Shown: positions 29,103 to 39,561 of the stretch, one piece after another
Numbering within the stretch: position 1 is the first letter of the stretch
How the letters are laid out: each line of letters starts with the position of its first letter
Source: an uncultured Gemmatimonadaceae bacterium
GTDB lineage: Bacteria; Gemmatimonadota; Gemmatimonadetes; Gemmatimonadales; Gemmatimonadaceae
NCBI GenBank assembly: GCA_963761305.1
Contig: CAVXGK010000002.1
Location: forward strand, 384,001 to 448,000
Reading direction: 5' to 3'
DNA length: 64,000 nt
Program-made: the position numbers and the translations under genes
Notes under the pieces: generated by a model
Database searches by the model: none
What the model saw: the letters and a program-made list of their open reading frames with translations, nothing else
What the model was told of the DNA's origin: nothing

Positions 29103-29140
29103 CGCGGGCGGAGCCATCCGGCTCCGCCCGCGCGTCTTTT
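29103..29140 (+). terminator. Probable intrinsic terminator
   Basis: CGCGGGCGGAGCC-atcc-GGCTCCGCCCGCG followed by cgtctttt. Confidence 0.65.
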
Positions 29141-29215
29141 CGGGTCTGGCACGAACCCTTCGAGGGTCATTAGTCGTATAACTCAGCGACCCACGCCAGG
29201 CCCGTCGGAGCAGCA

Positions 29216-30103
29216 GTGCCAATCGCACCTCGACCGCAGTCCATCGTTCAGCCCATCGTTCAGCCCATCGAGACGACACCCGTCCGCAAATCGCGGCGGT
29301 TGCCGGCGACGCGGCTGCCCGTGGGTCGCGACGACCGACGAGGGTCGAGCGTGGTGTCGATCGCGTTGCACGCGCTCATCATCTTCCTGCTGGTCGGCGA
29401 TTTCGCGCTGCACACGGCGGACGTGAAAGAGATGCCTGAGGGTGCGGGCGGTGCTGGACCCGCCGGCGGCGGTGGCGGTGGCCATCGTGGAACCGGCGAC
29501 CACGCTCGCGTCACATACATCCGCATGGTGGCGTCGACACCGCAGCCGGCAGTGAAGCCCGCGGTCGTCCCGCCGCCTGTGGTACCGCCGCCAATACCCA
29601 AGCCCGTGCCACCGCCGGTCATTCAGCAGGTGGCGATGAAGGTTCCGGAAGTGACGCCGGCGCCGCCTGAGCTCAAGCTCGACGCACCCAAACCCGATTC
29701 GACGGCGGCGCAGACCGGCACCGGCGGTGGAACCGGCCGAGATGGTTCCGCGGGCAACGGACCGGGATCGGGCGGTGGAAACGGGTCGGGGATCGGTACC
29801 GGGCGCGGCTCGGGCATGGGGCCGGGAACCGGGGGCGGGAATCAGGCGAACTATCCGCCATCTCCCACGGAACTCTTCATTCCGCCGCTGCCGATGCCCG
29901 ACAGAGTGCGCGGCTTCCATCTCGTGGCCGAATACGACGTCGACTCGACCGGCAAGGTCATCGATTTCAAGTTCACGCCGACGCGCGACGGGGGCTACAA
30001 CCGCCGTTTGGATGAGGTGCTGAAAAGCTTCAAGTTCCGCCCCGGCACGAAGCCCGATGGGACGCCCATCCGCATGAAGGCGCAGATCATCTACGACTTC
30101 TGA
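29216..30103 (+). CDS. TonB-like Pro/Gly-rich membrane-anchored protein (start uncertain)
   Basis: SIALH TM, Pro and Gly tracts, C-terminal VDSTGKV...FKFRPG...G.PI. Confidence 0.75.
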   Translation: MPIAPRPQSIVQPIVQPIETTPVRKSRRLPATRLPVGRDDRRGSSVVSIALHALIIFLLVGDFALHTADVKEMPEGAGGAGPAGGGGGGHRGTGDHARVTYIRMVASTPQPAVKPAVVPPPVVPPPIPKPVPPPVIQQVAMKVPEVTPAPPELKLDAPKPDSTAAQTGTGGGTGRDGSAGNGPGSGGGNGSGIGTGRGSGMGPGTGGGNQANYPPSPTELFIPPLPMPDRVRGFHLVAEYDVDSTGKVIDFKFTPTRDGGYNRRLDEVLKSFKFRPGTKPDGTPIRMKAQIIYDF

Positions 30104-30164
30104 CGTTCGGTGTCGGAAGGTCAGGGGCGGCGCGAACTGCGCGCCCCTGAGTGTCGTGTGAGGC

Positions 30165-30252
30165 GCGTCCTAGCCAATCGGGACTGCTGAGCCTATCATT
30201 AGGCGATCTAGCTGAAGTGCAGGGCCCATGATGAGTTACATGGGCTTTTTTT
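30165..30252 (+). promoter_or_regulatory. Structured leader with intrinsic terminator upstream of hppA (candidate riboswitch)
   Basis: GCCTA/TAGGC stem, GAAGTGCAG, then GCCCATG-N8-CATGGGC-T7 about 70 nt before the ATG. Confidence 0.6.
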
Positions 30253-30323
30253 CTGCCCGGCCGCAGCCGCGAGGGTCTTCGCCCGTGAAGGCTCTCGGAC
30301 TCCCCATTCGACACAACTGACTA

Positions 30324-32714
30324 ATGAACCTGACGGTCAACGCGCTGTTGCAGCAGGCCGCCGGTGGCGAAGCGAACCTCGTCATCCCGGACCTCAACTC
30401 GGTGACGTTTCTCGGCATCCCCGGCGGCACGCTCCTCATCGGGGGCTTGGTGGTGTGCGCCCTCGGACTCCTGTTCGGTCTCGCGATCTACACGCGGCTC
30501 AAGAACATGGCCGTGCACGAGTCGATGCGAGAGGTGTCGGAGCTGATCTACGAGACGTGCAAGACGTACCTCATCACGCAGGGCAAGTTCATTCTGATCC
30601 TCGAGTTCTTCATCGGGATCGTGATCGCGCTGTACTTCGGCGTGCTGCAGCATTTTTCGATCGACAAGGTCATCGTCATCCTGCTGTTCAGCCTCATCGG
30701 GATCGCCGGGAGCTACGGCGTCGCCTGGTTCGGCATCCGGGTGAACACCTTCGCGAACTCGAGGACGTCGTTCGCCGCGCTCCGCGGGAAGCCGTATCCG
30801 TGTTACGCGATTCCGCTTTCGGCCGGCATGAGCATCGGCATGCTGCTGATCTCGGTCGAGCTGGTGCTGATGCTGACGATCCTGCTGTTCATTCCAGGCG
30901 CGTACGCCGGCTCCTGCTTTATCGGATTTGCGATCGGCGAGTCCCTCGGCGCCGCGGCGCTCCGAATCGCCGGCGGCATCTTCACGAAGATCGCCGACAT
31001 CGGCGCCGATTTGATGAAAATCGTGTTCAACGTGAAGGAGGACGACGCGCGCAACCCCGGCGTGATCGCCGACTGCACGGGTGACAATGCCGGCGACTCC
31101 GTCGGACCGAGCGCGGACGGTTTCGAGACCTACGGCGTGACCGGCGTCGCGCTGATCTCGTTCATCGTGCTCGCGGTGCACGACGACCGCGTCAAGGTCC
31201 AGCTCCTCGTCTGGATCTTCGTGATGCGCATCATGATGGTGGTCACGAGCGGCGCGTCGTACCTGATCAATGCCGCGATCGCCAAAGCCCGCTACGCCAC
31301 CGCCGACCGGATGAACTTCGAGGCGCCGCTCACGTTCCTCGTGTGGCTGACGTCGATCCTGTCCGTCGTGGCGACGTTCATCGTGTCGAAGCTCATCATT
31401 CCGGATCTCGGCGACGGCACGCTCTGGTGGAAGCTCTCGGCGGTCATCACCTGCGGCACGTTGGCGGGCGCGATCATCCCCGAGTTCGTGAAGGTGTTCA
31501 CCTCGGTCGAGTCGCGCCACACCAAGGAAGTCGTGATATCGTCGCGGGAGGGCGGTCCGTCGCTCAACATCCTCTCGGGCCTCGTCGCCGGCAACTTCAG
31601 CGCGTACTGGCTGGGCATGACGATCATGATCCTGATGACGATCGCGTACTTCATCAGCACGTCATTCCCGGAGGGTGCGGGTGCGCTGATGGTCGCTCCG
31701 GCGGTGTTCGCGTTCGGCCTCGTCGCGTTCGGATTCCTCGGGATGGGACCGGTCACGATCGCCGTCGATTCGTACGGTCCGGTGACCGACAACGCGCAAT
31801 CCGTCTACGAGCTGTCGCAGATCGAGGAGATCCCGGGCGCTGCCGCGCAGATCCAGCAGCAGTACGGATTTTCAGTGAATTTCGAGCGGGCGAAGCATTT
31901 CCTCGAAGAGAACGACGGCGCGGGAAACACGTTCAAGGCCACGGCCAAGCCGGTGCTCATCGGCACGGCGGTCGTCGGCGCGACGACCATGATCTTCTCG
32001 ATCATCGTCGTGCTGACCCAGGGATTGACGGCCAACCTCGACAAACTCTCGCTGCTGCATCCGCCGTTCCTGCTCGGCCTCATCACGGGCGGCGCGATCA
32101 TCTACTGGTTCACCGGCGCATCGATTCAGGCGGTGACGACGGGCGCCTATCGCGCGGTGGAGTTCATCAAGGCGAACATGAACCTCGAGTCGACCGAAAA
32201 GGCGTCGGTGGCCGACTCGAAGAAGGTCGTCGAGATCTGCACGAAGTACGCGCAGGCCGGCATGTTCAACATCTTCCTGACCGTGTTCTTCGCCACGCTC
32301 GCGTTCGCGTTCTACGAGCCGTACTTCTTCATCGGCTACCTGATTTCGATCGCGTTGTTCGGTCTGTACCAGGCCATCTTCATGGCCAACGCCGGCGGCG
32401 CCTGGGACAACGCGAAGAAGATCGTCGAGGTGGAGCTGAAGCAGAAAGGCACGCCGCTCCACGCGGCGACGGTGGTCGGCGACACGGTCGGCGATCCGTT
32501 CAAGGACACGTCGTCGGTGGCGCTCAATCCGATCATCAAGTTCACCACGCTGTTCGGGTTGCTGGCGGTCGAGCTGGCGGTGTCGCTCACCGAGCAGCGC
32601 GGGCCCGGGTTGAGCCACATACTCGCGGCCGTGTTCTTCGTCATCTCGGCGGCGTTCGTGTACCGGTCGTTCTACGGGATGCGCATCGAAAGCGGCGCTC
32701 CGGTCGCGCGCTAG
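30324..32714 (+). CDS. hppA: Membrane-bound ion-translocating pyrophosphatase, divergent K+-independent type
   Basis: GGIFTKIADIGADL, EDDARNPGVIAD, DSYGPVTDNA, GNTFKAT, GGAWDNAKK, GDTVGDPFKDT. Confidence 0.95.
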   Translation: MNLTVNALLQQAAGGEANLVIPDLNSVTFLGIPGGTLLIGGLVVCALGLLFGLAIYTRLKNMAVHESMREVSELIYETCKTYLITQGKFILILEFFIGIVIALYFGVLQHFSIDKVIVILLFSLIGIAGSYGVAWFGIRVNTFANSRTSFAALRGKPYPCYAIPLSAGMSIGMLLISVELVLMLTILLFIPGAYAGSCFIGFAIGESLGAAALRIAGGIFTKIADIGADLMKIVFNVKEDDARNPGVIADCTGDNAGDSVGPSADGFETYGVTGVALISFIVLAVHDDRVKVQLLVWIFVMRIMMVVTSGASYLINAAIAKARYATADRMNFEAPLTFLVWLTSILSVVATFIVSKLIIPDLGDGTLWWKLSAVITCGTLAGAIIPEFVKVFTSVESRHTKEVVISSREGGPSLNILSGLVAGNFSAYWLGMTIMILMTIAYFISTSFPEGAGALMVAPAVFAFGLVAFGFLGMGPVTIAVDSYGPVTDNAQSVYELSQIEEIPGAAAQIQQQYGFSVNFERAKHFLEENDGAGNTFKATAKPVLIGTAVVGATTMIFSIIVVLTQGLTANLDKLSLLHPPFLLGLITGGAIIYWFTGASIQAVTTGAYRAVEFIKANMNLESTEKASVADSKKVVEICTKYAQAGMFNIFLTVFFATLAFAFYEPYFFIGYLISIALFGLYQAIFMANAGGAWDNAKKIVEVELKQKGTPLHAATVVGDTVGDPFKDTSSVALNPIIKFTTLFGLLAVELAVSLTEQRGPGLSHILAAVFFVISAAFVYRSFYGMRIESGAPVAR

Positions 32715-32726
32715 TCGAAGACAGAG

Positions 32727-34241
32727 ATGCCGAATCTCTTCTCGCGAAAGCCGATAGCAGAACTGGTGAGCGAGGGAGACAACCCCAACGCGCTGAAGCG
32801 CGCGTTGGGGGCCGGCGATCTGATCATGTTGGCGATCGGCGCCGTCATCGGCGCCGGGATCTTTGGGTCGATCGGCTCGGCCGCGGCCGGGCAGATCGGA
32901 CCGAACGGAGAGATCATTCGCGTGGGCGCGGGTCCGGCCCTCGTGCTGTCGTTCCTGCTCCTCGGCGCGTGCTGCGCGCTGGCGGGGCTCTGCTACGCCG
33001 AGTTGGCGGCGATGATCCCGCAGGCGGGGAGCGCGTACGCGTATTCGTACGCGACGCTCGGCGAGTTCGTGGCGTGGATCATCGGCTGGGATCTGATCCT
33101 CGAGTACGCCGTCGGCAACGTCGCCGTAGCGATCTCGTGGGGCGACTACTTCAAGTCGCTGGTCGGCGACTGGATTCCGATGCCCGACTGGTTGACCACG
33201 GGCTACCGCACGGCGCTCTTGAGCGCCGATCCCAAGGTGCACGGTCTTCTGGCGAGCGCGCCGCACATCGGCGGCATCCCGATTCTGATCAACGTGCCGG
33301 CGTTCGCCATCGTCATGCTCATCACGTGGCTCTTGTTGCTCGGCGTACGCGAGAGCGCCCGCGCGAACAACATCATGGTCGCGATCAAGCTCATCGTGCT
33401 GACGCTGTTCATCGTGGTGGGACTGGGACACATCACGCCGGCGAACTACCACCCGTTCGCGCCGAACGGCTTCCGCGGCATCCACCAGGGTGCGGCGATC
33501 GTGTTCTTCGCCTATATCGGCTTCGACGCCATCTCGACGGCGGCCGAGGAGACGAAGAATCCCCAGCGCAATTTGCCAATCGGCATTCTCGGTGGGTTGG
33601 CGATCTGCACGGTCATCTACATCATCATCGGCGCTGTGTTGACGGGGATGGTGCCGTCGAAGGATCTGGGAACGGCGGCCGATCCGCTCGCCTACGCGCT
33701 CAAGGCGACCGGCCTCACCAGCATCGCGAAGATCGTCTCGCTCGGCGCCGTGTTCTCGATGGCGGCCGTGCTGCTGGTATTCCAGTACGGCCAGCCGCGC
33801 ATCTTCTTCGCGATGGCGCGCGACGGCCTTCTGCCTCGCTGGGCGGCCAAGATCAGCGGCAAGTCGCATGTGCCGTATGTGACGACGATCGTCACCGGCG
33901 TGTTCGTCGCGCTCTGGTCGTTGATCGGCGACGCGGGCGAGACGTACGACCTGACGAACATCGGGACCCTGTTCGCGTTCGCGCTGGTCAGCATCGGCGT
34001 GATCGTGTTGCGCTACACCGACCCCGAACGGCATCGACCATTTCGCGTGCCGTTCGTGCACTTCGTTGGCCTGGTTGGAGCCGCCCTTTGCGTATTCGTG
34101 ATGCGGGGGTTGCCGAGCCTGGCGTGGGTCCGGTTTGGGTGGTGGCTGGTGATCGGACTCGTGTTGTACTTCGCGTACGGGTACACGCACTCCACCCTGC
34201 GGCGCGGAACCGGTCCGGTCGTTCCCGCGAGGCACGCGTAG
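32727..34241 (+). CDS. APC-family amino acid permease
   Basis: IGAVIGAGIF, CYAELA, GSAYAYSY, FFAYIGFDA, AEETKNPQR. Confidence 0.95.
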   Translation: MPNLFSRKPIAELVSEGDNPNALKRALGAGDLIMLAIGAVIGAGIFGSIGSAAAGQIGPNGEIIRVGAGPALVLSFLLLGACCALAGLCYAELAAMIPQAGSAYAYSYATLGEFVAWIIGWDLILEYAVGNVAVAISWGDYFKSLVGDWIPMPDWLTTGYRTALLSADPKVHGLLASAPHIGGIPILINVPAFAIVMLITWLLLLGVRESARANNIMVAIKLIVLTLFIVVGLGHITPANYHPFAPNGFRGIHQGAAIVFFAYIGFDAISTAAEETKNPQRNLPIGILGGLAICTVIYIIIGAVLTGMVPSKDLGTAADPLAYALKATGLTSIAKIVSLGAVFSMAAVLLVFQYGQPRIFFAMARDGLLPRWAAKISGKSHVPYVTTIVTGVFVALWSLIGDAGETYDLTNIGTLFAFALVSIGVIVLRYTDPERHRPFRVPFVHFVGLVGAALCVFVMRGLPSLAWVRFGWWLVIGLVLYFAYGYTHSTLRRGTGPVVPARHA

Positions 34242-34414
34242 AGGCGTCCTCGCACGCGGGCTACGGGGCCTTCGAGCAATGGGAAGCGCAGATGCCGCAG
34301 ATTTGAACAGCAATGCCGCAGATGCGAACGTGACAAGAGTGGCTTGATCGGCGCCGAAGAAGTCCGAGAACCGAGTCAGTAGAGCACAGCAGCTCAGAGC
34401 ACAGGGGGGCCACG

Positions 34415-35775
34415 ATGCACGACTCCACCGCACTCTCACCAACGCCGGACGCCGCGCCGAAGTCCTTCCTGCGACGCATTACGCTGTCGCAGTGGATCAT
34501 CATCTCGATGGTCGTCGGGACGTTCGTCGGCTGGCTCTTTCCCGATTCCGCGCGCGACATCCATCACGGGTGGGCCGCGTCGGACCTGAACGTCCTGTCG
34601 TCGGTCTTCCTTCGGATGATCAAGTCGCTGATCGTCCCGCTGCTGTTCGCGACGCTCGTCGTCGGCATCGCCGGACACGGCGACGACATGAAGCGCGTCG
34701 GCCGCCTCGCGTTCCGCTCGATCATCTACTTCGAGATCATCACGACGTTTGCGCTTGGCCGTCGGGCTCATCGCGGTGAACGTGATCAAGCCGGGGCGCG
34801 GCGTGGATCTCGGCGCGGCGTCGGCCAAGGAAGGCGCCGAGTTTGCGGCGACGCACACGACGCTCACGGGCGTGATCGAGCACACAGTGCCGCAGAGCTT
34901 CTTCGAGGCGGCATCGCAGAACCAGGTGCTGCAGATCGTGTTCTTCGCGATCATCTTCGCCGTGGCGCTGTCGCGCGTGCAGGGGCCGGGCAAGGCGTTC
35001 ATGCTTTCGGCGTGCGAGAGCTTGTCGCGAGGTGATGTTCAAGTTCGTCGGCATCGTGATGGGCTACGCGCCGATCGGTATCGGCGCGGCGATCGCCGTG
35101 ACCGTGTCGAAGAGCGGACTCGGCGTCCTGCGCAACCTGGGCATTCTGGTCGCCACCCTGTACGGCGCGCTGATCGTTTTCGCGCTGTTCGTACTGCTCC
35201 CGGTCGCGCTCCTCTTCCGCGTACCGCTCGGGCGGTTCGTGCGCGCCGTGCGCGAGCCGTGGCTCATCGCGTTCACGACCGCGTCGTCCGAAGCGGCGTT
35301 CCCGCTGGCGATGGAGCGGATGGAGCAGCTTGGCGTGCCGCGGCGGATCGTCGCCTTCGTGTTGCCGACGGGCTACTCGTTCAACTTGGACGGGAGCACG
35401 TTGTATCTCTCGCTGGCGTCGGTCTTCGCGGCGCAGGCGGCGGGGATCGACATGCCGATTTCGACGCAACTGGTGATGATGCTCACGCTCATGCTCACGA
35501 GCAAAGGCGTCGCCGCCGTGCCCCGGGCCGCGCTGGTGATATTGTCGGGCGCGCTATCGCAATTCGGCTTGCCCCTTCAGGCGGTCGCGGTCATTCTTGG
35601 GGTTGATGCGCTCATGGATATGGCGCGCACGTCGCTCAACGTCATCGGGAATTGCCTGGCGACGGTCGTGATGGCACGTTGGGAAGGTGATTTCGACCGT
35701 CCGGCGGAGTCGATGCCGGCGGCTGACGCGATCGCGGGCGAGACGTTACGCGTACCGCCCGTGCAACCGGTGTAG
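34415..35775 (+). pseudogene. Dicarboxylate/amino acid:cation symporter (GltP/DctA family) with two +1 frameshifts
   Basis: Homology runs through three frames switching at about 34756 and 35028; TASSEAA, GYSFNLDG, DMARTSLN motifs intact. Confidence 0.85.
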
Positions 35776-35843
35776 CAACGCGTTGTAGCGCCGCGCCGAT
35801 CCTGCCAAGCGCGGCGCACGACAACTCAGCGAGGGCTGACGGC

Positions 35844-36332
35844 ATGGCGATCTCCTTCAAGGTCAACGGCAAACCGGCCTCGGTCGACGTGCCCGAAGAC
35901 ATGCCCCTTTTGTGGGTGCTTCGGGACGTCCTCGATCTCAAGGGGGCGAAGTTCGGTTGCGGCGTCGGGCAGTGCGGCGCCTGTACGGTGCAAGTGAACG
36001 GCACCGCCATCCGCTCCTGTCAACGCCGGATTTCGACCGTGTCGGGCGCGGACGTCACGACGATCGAAGGGCTCTCACCGGACGGCTCGCATCCGCTGCA
36101 GCGCGCGTGGGAGGAGCTCGACGTGCCGCAGTGCGGCTACTGCCAGGCCGGCCAGCTCATGTCGGCGTCGGCCCTTCTGGCGAACAAACCGAATCCGACC
36201 GATGCCGACATCGACGCGGCGATGAACGGCAACATCTGTCGATGCGCCACGTATCTGCGCATTCGGCAAGCGATCCACCGCGCGGCCGAGATGCCCGCGG
36301 CCGTCGGATCGCGCTCCGGAGGCAACCCGTGA
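35844..36332 (+). CDS. (2Fe-2S) subunit, IorA/CoxS-like
   Basis: [19 protein letters not shown]. Confidence 0.93.
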   Translation: MAISFKVNGKPASVDVPEDMPLLWVLRDVLDLKGAKFGCGVGQCGACTVQVNGTAIRSCQRRISTVSGADVTTIEGLSPDGSHPLQRAWEELDVPQCGYCQAGQLMSASALLANKPNPTDADIDAAMNGNICRCATYLRIRQAIHRAAEMPAAVGSRSGGNP

Positions 36333-36349
36333 GCCGCGAGGAGACGCCA

Positions 36350-38605
36350 ATGACAACGACGATGAATCCATCGGTCGACCGGCGGTCGTTCCTGCGTGTG
36401 ACCGCCCTCGCCGGCGGCGGCATTCTCTTCGGTGCGTATCTCAAGCTGGGCAATGCCGCCGAAGCGTTCGCGGGAACGGCGTCGGCCGTCGACGCGCTCG
36501 GCAACTTCATTCGCATCACGCCGGACGGCATCGTCACGATCATCGCCAAGAATCCAGAAATCGGACAAGGCGTGAAGACGATGCTGCCGATGATCATCGC
36601 CGACGAGCTCGACGTCGCGTGGAAGAACGTGCGGACCGAGCAGGCGATGCTCGACACGAACAAGTTCCAGGGGCAGAGCGCCGGCGGCAGCACGGCCACG
36701 CCGACGAACTGGATGCCCATGCGACAAGTCGGCGCCGCGGCGCGGGCGATGCTCGTCACGGCGGCGGCGCAGACGCTCAACGTTCCGGAGTCCGAGCTCG
36801 AGACGTCGGAGGGCGTAGTCATTCACCGCGCGAGTGGCAAGCGTGCGACATACGGCGAGTTGATCGCGAAGGCGTCGTCGCTCACGCCGCCCGACCTCGC
36901 GGCGGTGAAGCTCAAGGACCCGAAGGATTTCAAGATCATCGGGACGCGCGTGACCGGTGTGGACGTGCGGAACATCGTGACCGGCAAGCCGATGTTCGGC
37001 ATCGACGTCACGTTGCCGGGCATGCTTTACGCGAGCTACGTGAAGTGCCCGGTGTTCGCCGGCAAGGCGCTGAGCGCGAATCTCGACGAGATGAAGACGC
37101 AACCGGGGGTGAAGCACGCGTTCATCCTCGACCAAGGATCCCAGGGCGGGCTGATGGGCCTGCTGTCCGGCGTGGCGCTCGTCGGCGACAACTGGTGGCT
37201 CATTCAACAGGCGCGAAAGAAGCTCGTCGTCCAGTGGAACGAGGGTGAGACGGCGTCGCAGAGCAGCGAGGGATTTGCCGCCAAGGCCCTCGAGCTGTCG
37301 AAGCAGCCGCCGCAGCAGAATCTCCGCAAGGATGGCGACTTCGACGCGGCCATGAAGGGCGCCGCGAAAACGGTCGAAGCGGAATACTTTTATCCGTTCA
37401 TCTCGCACGCGCCGCTGGAGCCGCAGAACACGACGGCCGTTTTCAGAGATGCCAAGCTGGAGATCTGGTCGCCGACGCAACAACCGGCGGGCGGCCGCGG
37501 GCTGGTGGCCCAGACGCTCGGCCTCAAGCAAGACGACATCACGATTCACATCACGCGTTCGGGCGGCGGCTTCGGCCGGCGTCTCGCCAACGACTACATG
37601 GTCGAGGCGGCGGCGATCGCCAAACAGCTGCCCGACACTCCCGTGAAGCTGCTGTGGACGCGCGAGGACGACATCCAGCACGATCCATATCGTCCCGCCG
37701 GATTCCACTTCTTCAGCGGCGGCGTCGACGCGAACGGCGCGCTCACCGCATGGCGCGATCACTTCGTGTCGTTCGGCGAAAATGGACGCACCGCATCGAG
37801 CGCGAATCTCGGCCCGAGCGAATTTCCGGCGCGGTTCATCCCGAATTTCGTCATCGACCAGTCGCTCATGCCGCTCGGCGTGCCGACCGGCGCGTTGCGC
37901 GCCCCGGGGAGCAACGGCATCGCGTTCGCCGTGCAATCGTTCATCGACGAGTTGGCGCACGCGGCGGGGAAGGATCCGCTGCAGTTCCGGCTCGACCTCC
38001 TCGCCAACGAACAGCCTGCTCCGGCGCCCGCCGCACCGCCAGCCGGTGGAGGTCGCGGAGGCTTCCAGGCGCCGGCGTTCGACGGCAAACGCATGCGCGG
38101 CGTGCTCGAGGCGGTGCGCGACCGCTCAGGCTGGGCCAATCGCCGGTCGCTGCCCAAAGGCACCGCCATGGGCGTCGCATTCCACTTTTCTCATCGCGGC
38201 TATTTCGCCGAAGTCGTGCAGGCGACCGTCGCCAAGGACGGCGCGGTCAAAGTCGACAAGGTGTGGGTCGTCGGCGACATCGGCAGCCAAATCATCAACC
38301 CGAGCAATGCCGAGAATCAGGCGCAGGGTGCGGTGATGGACGGCATCGCCGAAGCGCTGGGCCAGGAGATCACGATCGACAAGGGTCGCACGGTGCAGAC
38401 GAACTTCCCCAACTTTCCGCTGCTGCGCCTGCGTCAGGCGCCGCCGGTGGACGTATCGTTCAAGGTCACCGAGTTTCCGCCGACAGGGCTAGGAGAACCG
38501 GCGTTGCCGCCGGTGGTGCCGGCGCTGTGCAGCGCGATCTTCGAGATCACCGGGAAGAGGGTCAGGTCGCTTCCCTTGTCGAAGATCGATCTCAAATGGA
38601 GTTGA
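36350..38605 (+). CDS. Xanthine-oxidase-family molybdopterin subunit (IorB-like), Tat-exported
   Basis: DRRSFL Tat motif, EIGQG, GGGFGRR, GALRAP, GLGEP. Confidence 0.92.
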   Translation: MTTTMNPSVDRRSFLRVTALAGGGILFGAYLKLGNAAEAFAGTASAVDALGNFIRITPDGIVTIIAKNPEIGQGVKTMLPMIIADELDVAWKNVRTEQAMLDTNKFQGQSAGGSTATPTNWMPMRQVGAAARAMLVTAAAQTLNVPESELETSEGVVIHRASGKRATYGELIAKASSLTPPDLAAVKLKDPKDFKIIGTRVTGVDVRNIVTGKPMFGIDVTLPGMLYASYVKCPVFAGKALSANLDEMKTQPGVKHAFILDQGSQGGLMGLLSGVALVGDNWWLIQQARKKLVVQWNEGETASQSSEGFAAKALELSKQPPQQNLRKDGDFDAAMKGAAKTVEAEYFYPFISHAPLEPQNTTAVFRDAKLEIWSPTQQPAGGRGLVAQTLGLKQDDITIHITRSGGGFGRRLANDYMVEAAAIAKQLPDTPVKLLWTREDDIQHDPYRPAGFHFFSGGVDANGALTAWRDHFVSFGENGRTASSANLGPSEFPARFIPNFVIDQSLMPLGVPTGALRAPGSNGIAFAVQSFIDELAHAAGKDPLQFRLDLLANEQPAPAPAAPPAGGGRGGFQAPAFDGKRMRGVLEAVRDRSGWANRRSLPKGTAMGVAFHFSHRGYFAEVVQATVAKDGAVKVDKVWVVGDIGSQIINPSNAENQAQGAVMDGIAEALGQEITIDKGRTVQTNFPNFPLLRLRQAPPVDVSFKVTEFPPTGLGEPALPPVVPALCSAIFEITGKRVRSLPLSKIDLKWS

Positions 38606-38628
38606 GCCACGCTGGGGGTTCGGTCTAC

Positions 38629-39561
38629 CTACACGACCGCCGCGCCAGCGACGCGTAGCGCGGCCCGCACCGCTCCCCTCGCCGGTATCACCACCTCGGA
38701 CTTCACCTGCGCGCCGGGCACCGCCGACTTGAGGCGATGCTCGAGTCGCTTGCGCAGCGTCGATCCGCGGCCGAGCATTCCGCCCGTGAGCGCCAGCGGC
38801 AGCGACGCGCGTTCGTCGGTGAACAGCTTTCTCGCGAGTGCCCGTGCGTGGAGCACCAGCTCTTCGACAGCGAGTGTGAGCACGGCGTTCGCGCGCAGGT
38901 CGCCCGACTCCGCGATGGCGACGACGACTGGAGCGAGCGTCGCGAATTGGGCGGGCGTCGCGTCTGCCGCCCATCCGATGAGATCCATCGTCTCTTCCAG
39001 CTCGACCGCCGTGAGAATCGCGCCGGTGAGCGCGGTCTCCGGTTCGCGGCCGTCCGCGGCGGCGGCGACGACGCTCAACGCGCGCCGGCCGATCCACGCG
39101 CCACTCCCTTCGTCGCCGAAGGTCGGGCCCCACCCGCCGCAGCGCGCCGTCGTGCCGGTCGGTCCGCGGCCGAACGCCACCGAACCGGTTCCGCTGAGGA
39201 TCAGCACGCCCGGCCCGTCGCCAAACGCGTCGTCGAGCGCGATGCTGAAATCGGATTGCATCACCACCTCGGGCGCGAGGTCGCGCCCCGCGATCGCCTG
39301 CCACAACTGATGACGCTCCGTGTCGCGTCCGATGCCGGCGACGCCGATCGCCACCGCGCGCGGAGTCGTGCCCGCGAGACCGCACGACGCGAGCGCCTCG
39401 CTCACAGTGCTGGCGATCACGTCGGCTGACGCTTCGGCGCGTCCGGGGCGGACCGCGCTGGCCGGACCGACCGTTTCGCCGAGCGTTTTGCCCTGCGCAT
39501 CAGCCACGATGGCGTGCGTCTTGGAAGCGCCGCCGTCAATGCCAACGACGATGTACGTCAT
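38629..39561 (-). CDS. BadF/BcrA-type ATPase, N-acetylhexosamine kinase-like
   Basis: GIDGGASKT, ILSGTGS, GGWGPTFGDEGSG. Confidence 0.88.
   Translation of the reverse strand: MTYIVVGIDGGASKTHAIVADAQGKTLGETVGPASAVRPGRAEASADVIASTVSEALASCGLAGTTPRAVAIGVAGIGRDTERHQLWQAIAGRDLAPEVVMQSDFSIALDDAFGDGPGVLILSGTGSVAFGRGPTGTTARCGGWGPTFGDEGSGAWIGRRALSVVAAAADGREPETALTGAILTAVELEETMDLIGWAADATPAQFATLAPVVVAIAESGDLRANAVLTLAVEELVLHARALARKLFTDERASLPLALTGGMLGRGSTLRKRLEHRLKSAVPGAQVKSEVVIPARGAVRAALRVAGAAVV

Noticed and set aside
29146..29162. sigma54 promoter TGGCACG
   Set aside because: No GC at the -12 position (GG-N10-TC)
34285..34405. Short repeats GCAGATGCCGCAGAT and AGAGCACAG
   Set aside because: Only two or three copies of simple intergenic repeats; no supportable function
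31343..34442. Very long alternative ORFs (987 aa +, 856 aa -) and similar ones at 12494, 24161, 36137 and 41239
   Set aside because: Arg/Ala/Gly-rich shadow frames of real genes in high-GC DNA
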